The position numbers were made by a program, and so were the translations under genes. The notes below the pieces were generated by a model. It worked only from the letters and a program-made list of their open reading frames with translations. It was not told the DNA's origin and made no database searches. Source: an uncultured virus (IMG/VR IMGVR_UViG_3300034279_000829) (taxonomy: Duplodnaviria > Heunggongvirae > Uroviricota > Caudoviricetes). Taken from it: a stretch of DNA of 20,000 nt. The stretch is taken from IMG/VR virus record IMGVR_UViG_3300034279_000829. One strand, 5' to 3'. Positions 1-7,565 of this stretch are shown piece after piece. Each line of letters starts with the position of its first letter. Position 1 is the first letter of the stretch.

Positions 1-601
1 GCAGGCGCTCATCCACTTCCGACTGGCAACGCATGGCAATCGCGGGCCGGACATGTGCCACCCGTTCATGGTGACAGACGAAATCGCCATGATCCACAAC
101 GGCATCCTGCCCATCGATACCTCTGATGACAAGGACAAGTCGGACACATGGCACTACGTGGAGTACATCCTCAAGCCATTGGCCGAGCGTGATCGGGACT
201 TCTATTCCGACAACGCAATCAAGTTCCTTGGTGAAGCTGCGATCAGCGGGTCCAAGTTTGCCTTCCTGCGTGCAGATGGCGACTGGACTATCTGGAACAG
301 CGAGGACGGCCACTGGAGTGGCGACATCTGGTACTCCAACCGGAGCTACGTCAAAAGCCACATCGGTTTCTCGCGGTGGCCGAAAGCGGAAACGCCGCCG
401 GTGATCGATGTCCCCGCGTTCGATGACCCGGGGGAGAGTCGGTACTACGACTCGCTCTGCAAGTCCGACCAGTGGGAGTACGAGGATCTGCTGGAGGATG
501 GGTTCTCTGCCGAGGAACTGGATGAGTACATCGCGATGGATGGTCGCTCAGCGCTGAAGTATCTGAAACGGATGCACAAGTACGACGAGGAGAACGTATG
601 A
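1..601 (+). CDS. Class II glutamine amidotransferase (Ntn hydrolase, YafJ/GATase_6-like), 5'-truncated by window edge
   Basis: Frame is open from position 2: QALIHFRLATHG...CHPF...MIHNGIL...SDT...WYSN. These are the typical class II GATase motifs (HxRxAT, HPF, HNG, SDT). The N-terminal catalytic Cys lies outside the window. Acidic C-terminal tail. Confidence 0.9.
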   Translation, partial: QALIHFRLATHGNRGPDMCHPFMVTDEIAMIHNGILPIDTSDDKDKSDTWHYVEYILKPLAERDRDFYSDNAIKFLGEAAISGSKFAFLRADGDWTIWNSEDGHWSGDIWYSNRSYVKSHIGFSRWPKAETPPVIDVPAFDDPGESRYYDSLCKSDQWEYEDLLEDGFSAEELDEYIAMDGRSALKYLKRMHKYDEENV

Positions 602-1770
602 CCACAACAAATACCGAGGCGGGAGTCCTTTGCGAGGACGGGGAAACCCGTCCTCTTTCTGTTTGTAGGCAGGATGTCGATGGGCGGTGGTGGGACGAGG
701 ATGACTGCGTTGAGGTGGACGGCAGCTACTACCGCACCTCCGACTCTCGCGTCTGCTATGTGGAGTCGCGAGACGAGTGGCACCTGACCGACGATTGCCT
801 CCTCGTTCGCGGCTCTTGGGAGCATGAGAATGACGCTAGCTACTGCCCCATCTGCAGTCGCGGGACGCTGGACGATGACCTGGTTAGCGATCCCAACGGG
901 GATAGCATCTGCGAGCGGTGCTACGACAATCACTGCACAAGCTGCTGCAACTGCGGCGATGTTCAGTGGGATGACGATTGCAACCTGGACGAGGACGGGT
1001 ATTGCCCCGAGTGTTCAGACGCGCCGCCGCGTTCTCTTGTCTCTAGCTACAGCGACAAGTCTGCCAACCGACTGCGTTCCGAAACCAAGGACAAGCTGCG
1101 GTTCGGGATTGAGTTGGAGGTGGAGGGGTATGAGTCCACCACGCAGGCCGCCGAGTACATCCGGCAGTTCCTGCCCGATACCTACTGCACCCTCAAGCGG
1201 GACGGCAGTCTGGGTGATTCGGGCGTGGAGATTGTGACTCGTCCGGACAGCATGGCCGTTCACAAGCGGATGTTCGGCACGCTGTTCAAAGATTCTCCGG
1301 GGCGTGCGTTGTCTAGCTGGAACACGGGGCGCTGCGGCATGCACGTTCACATCTCCCGGGCTGCGCTCTCGCAGTTGCAGATCGGCAAGATGATGTGCTT
1401 CCTCAATGAGCCTGCGGCAGTGAACTTCATCAGCAAAGTCGCAGGCCGCAAGCCGTGCAACTGGTGCAAGGTACACAAGAAAAAGATCGGTGACTTCAAG
1501 CGGGACCATGATCGGTACACCGCACTGAATACCACCGGCTCACACACCGTGGAGGTGCGCATCTTCAAGGGGACACTGGCGGAGGCCGGGTTCATGAAGA
1601 ACCTGGAGTTTGTTCAGGCACTGGTGGAGTTCACCGCTCCTGCCAATCGGTCAATCGCACAGGCTACCTCGCACCGTGCCTTCTGCGAGTGGCTCCCCAA
1701 GAAAGCCTACCCCCACCTGCATGCGTTCCTGGTTTCCAAGGGTTTTATTCGTCGCCGCAATGCGGCCTAA
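598..1770 (+). CDS. Putative amidoligase (COOH-NH2 ligase, Amidoligase_2-like) with Cys-rich N-terminal Zn-finger-like region
   Basis: Motifs FGIELEVE, KRDGSL, GVEIVT-P, CGMHVH, RYTALN, TVEVRIFKGTL. N-terminal CxxC repeats (CPIC, CERC, CCNC, CPEC). ATGA overlap with the GATase stop. Confidence 0.88.
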   Translation: MTTTNTEAGVLCEDGETRPLSVCRQDVDGRWWDEDDCVEVDGSYYRTSDSRVCYVESRDEWHLTDDCLLVRGSWEHENDASYCPICSRGTLDDDLVSDPNGDSICERCYDNHCTSCCNCGDVQWDDDCNLDEDGYCPECSDAPPRSLVSSYSDKSANRLRSETKDKLRFGIELEVEGYESTTQAAEYIRQFLPDTYCTLKRDGSLGDSGVEIVTRPDSMAVHKRMFGTLFKDSPGRALSSWNTGRCGMHVHISRAALSQLQIGKMMCFLNEPAAVNFISKVAGRKPCNWCKVHKKKIGDFKRDHDRYTALNTTGSHTVEVRIFKGTLAEAGFMKNLEFVQALVEFTAPANRSIAQATSHRAFCEWLPKKAYPHLHAFLVSKGFIRRRNAA

Positions 1771-1785
1771 GCAAGGAGGTTGATT

Positions 1786-2076
1786 ATGGGCAAGGTAAAT
1801 GAAAAGCAGTTTCTCCGCACCATCACCCGTCACTGGATGGCGGGTAGTACCCTCACCGCCGCCGCCGCGGACCTGAACATCACCGTGGCGTCCGCAAGTT
1901 CACGGCTCAAGCATCTCAGGATGCGAGGCGTGGCTAACGTCAGCGGCTGGGGTATCCCTCGCCGGCAGCGAAAGGTGGCGGCACGCAAGTCCGTCGCCAA
2001 GGTGGACGTTGCCAAGGCAGCTAGGCCGTCCGCTAATGGGTGGGTGTTCTATGTGGGGCATCCGGCGGCAGTGTAA
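1786..2076 (+). CDS. Small basic HTH DNA-binding protein
   Basis: AGGAGG at 1774-1779 and ATG at 1786. Helix-turn-helix pattern TLTAAAADLNITVASASSRLKHLR. Lys/Arg/Ala-rich tail. Confidence 0.6.
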   Translation: MGKVNEKQFLRTITRHWMAGSTLTAAAADLNITVASASSRLKHLRMRGVANVSGWGIPRRQRKVAARKSVAKVDVAKAARPSANGWVFYVGHPAAV

Positions 2077-2106
2077 TTCTGTACACTCTTACATCTGAGG
2101 TGAGCA

Positions 2107-2445
2107 ATGCGACTGGGATCTGAGACTGGCAGCGCGATGAACCATGTGTACACAACCAGCACCCAGCCTGACCCAGAGGTTGGCATGGGGGCGACGATGT
2201 GTTCTTGGACTGACCGTCACGCCGGGACGATTGTCAAAGTCACGCCGTGTCAGGTGCATGTGCAAGAGGACACGGCCAAGCGAACGGATAAGAACGGCAT
2301 GAGCGAGTGTCAGCGGTACGAGTACACGCCTAACCCGCATGCGCCGATCATTATCTTCCGCCATACCAAGCGAGGGTGGCGCAGCAAGTGCGGGACGGGG
2401 CTGATGATTGGCGTGCGCATGGAATACTACGACTACTCTTTCTGA
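2107..2445 (+). CDS. Hypothetical phage protein
   Basis: GAGGTGA RBS, 112 aa. The PEVGMGAT...WTDRHA motif resembles a recurrent uncharacterised phage family. Confidence 0.75.
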   Translation: MRLGSETGSAMNHVYTTSTQPDPEVGMGATMCSWTDRHAGTIVKVTPCQVHVQEDTAKRTDKNGMSECQRYEYTPNPHAPIIIFRHTKRGWRSKCGTGLMIGVRMEYYDYSF

Positions 2446-2455
2446 GAGGTGAGCG

Positions 2456-2689
2456 ATGAGCAAGGAAGCAGCGTTCTGGTTTCACTACAACAAACCCGAA
2501 GCCAGCAGGCGCGGACATCCGGTGATGACGGTTCATTACCGGGGTGCGTGTCACATGGTCAGGAGTATTCAGTGTGCCGTGCCAATCACTACCCGTGAGC
2601 GCACCAGTCAACCGCGGGTAGTGATGGCCGGCAAGGGGGCGATTGAGTTTGCCGATGACACGGCTTACATACGAAACGGAGGTGAGTGA
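2456..2689 (+). CDS. Hypothetical phage protein
   Basis: GAGGTGA RBS, 77 aa (FWFHYNKP...TVHYRG-C...QPRVVM). TGATG coupling to the next gene. Confidence 0.75.
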   Translation: MSKEAAFWFHYNKPEASRRGHPVMTVHYRGACHMVRSIQCAVPITTRERTSQPRVVMAGKGAIEFADDTAYIRNGGE

Positions 2690-3003
2690 TGCGGATGGGC
2701 AAGGCGTTGGCTGAGAAGTTCTGCGATTACGTTTGCAGCGAGGATGCCGAGTTCTACTACGACGCTTTCTGCAGCTGGTTGGCAACCAACTGCGAGCGCG
2801 TGGGGACGCAAGGCTTTTCCGATCTTGCGTTTTATGTTCGGGAGTGCGGCCACAAGAGCAGCACGCATGCGCTCTACCGATTGGTGAGCGTGATGGACGG
2901 AGAGATGAGCCGAGACAAGGAGTTCATCGGCCGCGTGAGCCGGGCGTTTGAGGCGTGCGCCGAGCGGTTCGGCGTGCAAGAGGCTGACATCATTCGGAGG
3001 TGA
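2689..3003 (+). CDS. Hypothetical protein
   Basis: GGAGGTGAG-TGATG junction with ATG at 2689. Tight gene packing. Confidence 0.7.
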   Translation: MRMGKALAEKFCDYVCSEDAEFYYDAFCSWLATNCERVGTQGFSDLAFYVRECGHKSSTHALYRLVSVMDGEMSRDKEFIGRVSRAFEACAERFGVQEADIIRR

Positions 3004-3006
3004 GAG

Positions 3007-3270
3007 ATGGCACATACACCGGGACCGTGGGACTATCAGAACGACACCATCGCCAGCACGCATGGTGACATAGCACGGGTTCACTACCAGAGTAGCCGTG
3101 CCAAGAAGGGGTGGGATGATCGACCACTCATTGCCGCTGCACCGGATCTACTGTCTGCACTGAAGGCTCATCTCCCATGGGATGAGGACTACGGGCCAGT
3201 GCAGGGGTGGGGGATCTGGCAGGATGCCATCGATGCAATCCACAAGGCAGAAGGGAGGGGCCATGAGTGA
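3007..3270 (+). CDS. Hypothetical phage protein (HTPGPW...LIAAAPDLL family)
   Basis: N-terminal HTPGPW and LIAAAPDLLSALK motifs are common in small phage proteins. GGAGGTGA RBS. Confidence 0.8.
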   Translation: MAHTPGPWDYQNDTIASTHGDIARVHYQSSRAKKGWDDRPLIAAAPDLLSALKAHLPWDEDYGPVQGWGIWQDAIDAIHKAEGRGHE

Positions 3271-3541
3271 CATCAAGTTCAGCGGTGTCTTGGAGGACTT
3301 TCACACAGGCGACAATACCAAAGTGCCTTTCACTGTGGTGCTGGCAGAGGGCGGCACCCTTTGGTTTGGTGCCGAAGGTTACGGGGACTGCGGTTCTCAA
3401 GATGGCTGCGGCCTGCCCGTCAAGGTTGAGTGGTATGAGGGCCAGCTTTGGGTGGTGGTGTGGGCGGACATCAACAGCGAAGACCCCACCCACAAGATTT
3501 CACTGAATGGCGCCAAGGAATCAGGCAGGAGGTGTGACTGA
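3263..3541 (+). CDS. Hypothetical protein (WADINSEDPTH motif)
   Basis: GGGAGG RBS before ATG 3263, in frame with track ORF 3182..3541. TGATG coupling to the next gene. Confidence 0.75.
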   Translation: MSDIKFSGVLEDFHTGDNTKVPFTVVLAEGGTLWFGAEGYGDCGSQDGCGLPVKVEWYEGQLWVVVWADINSEDPTHKISLNGAKESGRRCD

Positions 3542-3765
3542 TGGCTATCTACCGGGTGCTTGGGTACTACCGGGACAACGGACAAATCTACGACGGCGAG
3601 GTGGAGGGCAAGGATGTGGACGAGGCTGTCGCTGGCCTGCGGGAAGCGATATACGACACCGACCGAGATAATCTGATGGTGATAGCCGTGCTTGATGACG
3701 CAGGCGACAACCTGCACGGCAGCGACAAGGCGTTCCCGATCACGGAGTGGGAGCAGGTTCCTTAA
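3541..3765 (+). CDS. Hypothetical acidic protein
   Basis: AGGAGGTG RBS, TGATG overlap, 74 aa. Confidence 0.7.
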   Translation: MAIYRVLGYYRDNGQIYDGEVEGKDVDEAVAGLREAIYDTDRDNLMVIAVLDDAGDNLHGSDKAFPITEWEQVP

Positions 3766-3779
3766 CAAGGAGGACAGGG

Positions 3780-3935
3780 ATGTCTATGCTGGATGTCTGG
3801 AGTGACGAGACGATTGAGACTGCCATTCGCCTGCTGGTCTGCGCCGAGCGGTTATTGGAACCGTTCCGTGACCAGGAGGGCGACTGGGGTGGGGTGCATG
3901 AGCAGATCACTAGGTTCTTAAAGGAGGAGTGCTGA
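3780..3935 (+). CDS. Hypothetical protein (start 3780 or 3786)
   Basis: AAGGAGG at 3767-3773. TGATG overlap with the next gene. Confidence 0.65.
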   Translation: MSMLDVWSDETIETAIRLLVCAERLLEPFRDQEGDWGGVHEQITRFLKEEC

Positions 3936-4165
3936 TGGCTGACATTGCGGAAGTGCGGGCCGACATATCCGAGATGGTGCGGGCGATCCGCATCAATGGG
4001 TGCGTGCCTCTTATGCGAGAGGCTTTGCTGTGGTGGAGGGAGTACCTCCTCGCAAACCAGGAGTACGGCTTGTCGGCCGCAGACAAGCAGGCATATGAGA
4101 CTACCTACAAGCAGTTGTTTTTTCTGTTGACTGAAGTGTTCCCCGAGGAGGCTGTTAATGACTGA
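3935..4165 (+). CDS. Hypothetical protein
   Basis: AAGGAGG RBS and TGATG overlap. Confidence 0.65.
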   Translation: MADIAEVRADISEMVRAIRINGCVPLMREALLWWREYLLANQEYGLSAADKQAYETTYKQLFFLLTEVFPEEAVND

Positions 4166-4559
4166 CGCACAGATTCTGCAAGAGTTCTTTGACGTTCCCG
4201 GTATCGGCAAGAAGATGGGGTGCCCCATCTCAGTTGACGATCTCGTCATGTCGGCATCAGGTCTGCGCGATCTAGGCGCTCAGCCTGGGACCAGCCCTCG
4301 CGACATCATCAGCTGCCTAAACAGACTGTTGCTGGCCATCGGCCCGCACAACCTGCTCGTTCTCGCTGACGTTCCAGCGCGGTGCGATGACCACTGGGCC
4401 AGCTGGTGCCCCTCTCCTGCTGGCGTGCATCTACACCAGGCAGAATGCCCGGCCGGCACTACCCCGCTGTGGTCTAACGGCACGGCCACTGTGTTCTATC
4501 GCTTGACCAAAGACAAGCATGGCAACGATGTCATGGACTTTGGCGTTCACCCTGCGTAA
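4158..4559 (+). CDS. Hypothetical protein
   Basis: GAGGAGG RBS, 133 aa, overlaps the previous stop. Confidence 0.65.
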   Translation: MTDAQILQEFFDVPGIGKKMGCPISVDDLVMSASGLRDLGAQPGTSPRDIISCLNRLLLAIGPHNLLVLADVPARCDDHWASWCPSPAGVHLHQAECPAGTTPLWSNGTATVFYRLTKDKHGNDVMDFGVHPA

Positions 4560-4570
4560 AGGATTGCACC

Positions 4571-4678
4571 ATGTACAAGGATGTACTTCAGGTCTTGCAT
4601 GTGCTGGCTACCGCTATACTCATGTTGTTGGTGGGCCAGCTGAAGGAGATGTGTCTCAAGATAATGGGAGGTGAGTGA
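4571..4678 (+). CDS. 35-aa hydrophobic peptide (not in ORF track)
   Basis: MYKDVLQVLHVLATAILMLLVGQLKEMCLKIMGGE*. AAAGGA upstream. Its stop overlaps the next ATG (TGATG) and it fills the gap exactly. Confidence 0.6.
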   Translation: MYKDVLQVLHVLATAILMLLVGQLKEMCLKIMGGE

Positions 4679-4866
4679 TGGCTAAGACGAGGGAGGTTTA
4701 CCCAACGGTTGGCGAACTGCTGACTTGGATCGAACAGGAGTCTGTGCCAGCCAGTTGGTCGATGCGCCGCGTGGAGTATGGCATTGAGTTTCGTAGCCCA
4801 GATGGGGCGAGCTTGGGCTTTTCATTGGTGCCCGAAGACGAGGAGGTGAGTGATGGCATTCGCTAA
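4678..4866 (+). CDS. Hypothetical protein
   Basis: GGGAGGTGAG-TGATG junction. Confidence 0.65.
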   Translation: MAKTREVYPTVGELLTWIEQESVPASWSMRRVEYGIEFRSPDGASLGFSLVPEDEEVSDGIR

Positions 4867-5059
4867 GCACAGATACATTGCGTTCGACTACGCAGAGGGG
4901 CATGCCTACCCGTATGTCTGCACTGCATGGCGCATGGTGGGCGGGATGAATGTCGGGGATCGGTTCACTGAGCAGGTCGGAGAGGTGATCATCGAAGCAC
5001 TGCGAGAGGATGGCATTACGATTGATGTCACGCAGTCAAAGCCACAGGAGGTTAAGTGA
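4853..5059 (+). CDS. Hypothetical protein
   Basis: AGGAGGTGAG RBS, ATG 4853, TGATG overlap with the next gene. Confidence 0.65.
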   Translation: MAFAKHRYIAFDYAEGHAYPYVCTAWRMVGGMNVGDRFTEQVGEVIIEALREDGITIDVTQSKPQEVK

Positions 5060-5436
5060 TGGCTAAGCGCAAGGCACGGCCCAGGCTCACAATGCTGGGC
5101 ACCATGAGGATTAACCTGACTTTTCATGTAGCGCAAGTGCAAGATGCGGCGGGCGATAGCGTCTACGTTATGTCGCGTGCTGTGCTGGATTATCTGGGCA
5201 TCCGCAAGCCACGGCGATGCGCGTGGTTCTCCGGGTCTGGGCATTTGTGTTTTTTGACTGAGGATGAATGGGAACTTGTTGATGGCCTGGCGACTGATGC
5301 CAATGTAGATCTGATCCCGTTCGATGGCGTTTGGGAACTGGCGGATGATCCGGAGTGCGAGGCCATGGATGTGTACGAATGGGCGGCGGCTTGCTGCAAA
5401 GTCAAGCATCCGCGCGGCAAGACCAAGATCCAATAG
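5059..5436 (+). CDS. Hypothetical protein
   Basis: AGGAGG RBS and ATG 5059, 125 aa. Confidence 0.65.
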   Translation: MAKRKARPRLTMLGTMRINLTFHVAQVQDAAGDSVYVMSRAVLDYLGIRKPRRCAWFSGSGHLCFLTEDEWELVDGLATDANVDLIPFDGVWELADDPECEAMDVYEWAAACCKVKHPRGKTKIQ

Positions 5437-5447
5437 GGAGGTGACTG

Positions 5448-5531
5448 ATGTTTGCAATGAGTGAGACGATGGACTTTCTGTTGGGCGGCGCCAGTGTGCT
5501 GCTCATTCTGTGGTGGTCCTCCTTGGAGTAG
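5448..5531 (+). CDS. 27-aa hydrophobic peptide (not in ORF track)
   Basis: GGGAGGTGA RBS. MFAMSETMDFLLGGASVLLILWWSSLE*. Ends 4 nt before the recombinase ATG. Confidence 0.5.
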   Translation: MFAMSETMDFLLGGASVLLILWWSSLE

Positions 5532-5535
5532 TGCC

Positions 5536-6309
5536 ATGTTGTATGGATATGCCCGAGTCTCTACGGACAAGCAGGAGAACTCAGCCGAAGCGCAGGCCGC
5601 CCGGCTTATGGCGTACGCCCAGCAGTCGGGCCTGGAGTTTGGCGAGTTGTTCGTTGACGAGGATCAGTCGGCCAGCAAGATCCCGTTCCAGCACCGCAAG
5701 CGGGGGCGTGTGTTGTGGGACAGGCTCCAGCCCGGGGATGTCGTAGCCTTCACCAAGATCGACCGCGTGTTCCGGTCAATGGCAGATGCGGCCACCACCC
5801 TGGCGACATGGAAGTCGCTAGGTGTGGGGGTCCGCTTCTTGGACATGGGTATCGATGTCAACACGCCGGCCGGCGAACTGTTCTTCAACCAGCTAGCTGC
5901 GTTCGCCCAGTACGAAAGCCAGATGATCGGCCAGCGGGTGCGGGAGATCGGCGCTCACCTGCGTGAGGCAGGGCGCCCGGTCGGTACGCTGCGCCCGTTC
6001 GGCTGGGTCAGCGACGGCGAGAAGTTCGTACCGTGCAAGGCCGAGCGTGAGATCGGCCAGCTGGTGGTGGCCATGCGTGAGGCAGGCCGCTCGTTCTCAG
6101 CCATCGCCCTGCATCTCTGCAAGAAGGAGATGCGCAAGCCGCCCAACAAGAAGGGTGTGCGCGGGTACTACGGCCTGACCGATGTCACCTATCTGCACCG
6201 AGCGGCGCTAGCTGGATTCCCAAGGCTTGCGCCAAGGCTTTCGCGAGAGCAGTGGACCGCCGGGCTGCAGCGCGCAGAGAAATCTCATGCGACTCAGCCA
6301 GCGCTCTGA
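5536..6309 (+). CDS. Serine recombinase (resolvase/invertase family) with C-terminal HTH-like region
   Basis: MLYGYARVSTDKQ (catalytic Ser), SAS...R, LQPGDVVAFTKIDRVFRS, AAFAQYESQMIGQR, PFGW, GRSFSAIALHL. GGAG RBS before ATG 5536. Confidence 0.93.
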   Translation: MLYGYARVSTDKQENSAEAQAARLMAYAQQSGLEFGELFVDEDQSASKIPFQHRKRGRVLWDRLQPGDVVAFTKIDRVFRSMADAATTLATWKSLGVGVRFLDMGIDVNTPAGELFFNQLAAFAQYESQMIGQRVREIGAHLREAGRPVGTLRPFGWVSDGEKFVPCKAEREIGQLVVAMREAGRSFSAIALHLCKKEMRKPPNKKGVRGYYGLTDVTYLHRAALAGFPRLAPRLSREQWTAGLQRAEKSHATQPAL

Positions 6310-6724
6310 GTGTCTTGCCGTTGACGAACCTGTCAGTGGCTAGCTCCTGCTCCCATTCAGGCAGGTCGGCAATCGCCAAGCGGATGTGGTCCAGCTGGTC
6401 GAACTCAGGCAGCAACTCAGCCGCCTCTTCCAGCGTGATGCGGATGTCGCCAGGCTGTCGGTTCACCCGCTTGATCTGCTTGTACATCCCGTTGAGGATG
6501 GCCCGGGCGAAGTATGCCTTGGGGTAGGGCAGCTTCTTGGGATCGTAGGTGCGGGCCGCCTTCACCATGGCGAGGTAGCCCTCGCTTCGCAGGTCTTCGA
6601 TCAGCACCTGCCGCTGCCAGTGCGGCCTGTTCTGCAGGAAATACTTGGCGAGGATTTCTGCGAGGGGCAGGTACTCAACGACCAGGGCTTGACGCTTGGC
6701 CGAGAGCTTCAATCTTTTTGTCAT
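6185..6724 (-). CDS. Sigma-70 family RNA polymerase sigma factor (region 2 + region 4, compact)
   Basis: LVVEYLPLAEILA, EDLRSEGYLAMVKAARTYDP and AYF-RAILNGM match region 2. AIADLPEWEQE...GKTLRALAESHEISL matches the region 4 HTH. Confidence 0.85.
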   Translation of the reverse strand: MTKRLKLSAKRQALVVEYLPLAEILAKYFLQNRPHWQRQVLIEDLRSEGYLAMVKAARTYDPKKLPYPKAYFARAILNGMYKQIKRVNRQPGDIRITLEEAAELLPEFDQLDHIRLAIADLPEWEQELATDRFVNGKTLRALAESHEISLRAAARRSTALAKALAQALGIQLAPLGADR

Positions 6725-6902
6725 GCTGGTTGAGGCGGTCTTCATGTTCTTCCAGGGTTTCTCGCAGTTCATCCAGCATGCGGGGCAGGGACTCCACGCT
6801 GCTTGCAATCACTGCCACCTTTGCGTGAAGCGAGAACGCCCACGGCACCACTGCTGCGGCAACCGAAATGCCGAGCATCCAAAGCTCTGTTTCCGGACTC
6901 AT
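6675..6902 (-). CDS. Small membrane protein, N-terminal TM + coiled coil (holin/XhlA-like architecture)
   Basis: Hydrophobic LWMLGISVAAAVVPWAFSL followed by a heptad-like LDELRETLEEHEDRLNQHDKKIEAL. ATGA coupling to the upstream gene. Confidence 0.65.
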   Translation of the reverse strand: MSPETELWMLGISVAAAVVPWAFSLHAKVAVIASSVESLPRMLDELRETLEEHEDRLNQHDKKIEALGQASSPGR

Positions 6903-7129
6903 TTACCCCTCACCATTGAGATCAACATCAGCCCTGCATAGGGATGTAACTGCCCTTCTTCAACGTGCAGTTTGATCATGCGCGTTGCTTTGCCGGCTTC
7001 GCTTTCGGGGTAGCGGTACATATGGGTGTGCCCGTCATAGGTGGCTAGGACTTCAAAGCGGAGATCGCTTCCATCCGCATGTGATCCAGGCTGGTGGGAT
7101 GCTCTTTGAAAATCCATCGGGCTAGCCAT
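6899..7129 (-). CDS. Hypothetical protein (start uncertain)
   Basis: Fills the gap in the operon. Its stop overlaps the next ATG. No clear RBS. Confidence 0.5.
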   Translation of the reverse strand: MASPMDFQRASHQPGSHADGSDLRFEVLATYDGHTHMYRYPESEAGKATRMIKLHVEEGQLHPYAGLMLISMVRGK

Positions 7130-7296
7130 GCTGAGACGAGGTTGATAATGAGTGGGAGCAGGATCATGAGAAGCACCGACCCGTACTCAGGGTGGCGGGC
7201 ACGGAACTCAGAGCGGATCGTCCGCCTCCAGGCTTTCATGTCTGGGTTCGCATGGGCGATGGCGATGAGAGCCACCTCCTCGCTGTGCTTCGACAT
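7045..7296 (-). CDS. Single-pass membrane protein
   Basis: MSKHSEEV... with hydrophobic GSVLLMILLPLIINLVSAWLARWIF. Confidence 0.65.
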   Translation of the reverse strand: MSKHSEEVALIAIAHANPDMKAWRRTIRSEFRARHPEYGSVLLMILLPLIINLVSAWLARWIFKEHPTSLDHMRMEAISALKS

Positions 7297-7331
7297 GCGT
7301 CCGGCGCCAGTCTCTTGGGCGCAGCGCTCAG

Positions 7332-7565
7332 CTATCTGGCGGGCAAGCATGTCTTGCATTCCTTCTTGGACTTGCATGCACAGCCGGCCGGGCAGAGGCA
7401 GTCGGTGACATGCCCATCCCCGTGAACCACCTTGCCGTTCTTGCACAGGCCGCAGCACTTGGCCTTAGGTGGGGTGTAAGTCATCACCACGTAGGCGGCT
7501 TCGACTGCAACCCGCTCTGTGTATGTGGGCAGGGGAAAGAGCAGGGAGAAGATGAGGCTGATCAT
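7332..7565 (-). CDS. Small Cys-rich protein with hydrophobic N-terminus
   Basis: MISLIFSLLFPLP... followed by 9 Cys and HGDGH in the last ~40 aa. ATGA-coupled to the protease. Confidence 0.7.
   Translation of the reverse strand: MISLIFSLLFPLPTYTERVAVEAAYVVMTYTPPKAKCCGLCKNGKVVHGDGHVTDCLCPAGCACKSKKECKTCLPAR

Noticed and set aside
2097..5450. CRISPR array or integron attC cassette array
   Set aside because: The repeats are only 8-14 nt, equal the Shine-Dalgarno sequence, are irregularly spaced and lack palindromic attC structure.
5461..5535. N-terminal extension of the serine recombinase
   Set aside because: The family begins at the YGYARVS motif. ATG 5536 has its own RBS and the region is better explained by the 27-aa ORF.
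6220..6240. CCAAGGCTT direct repeat as a recombination site
   Set aside because: 9-bp repeat inside doubly coding sequence, explained by the KALAQAL peptide repeat.
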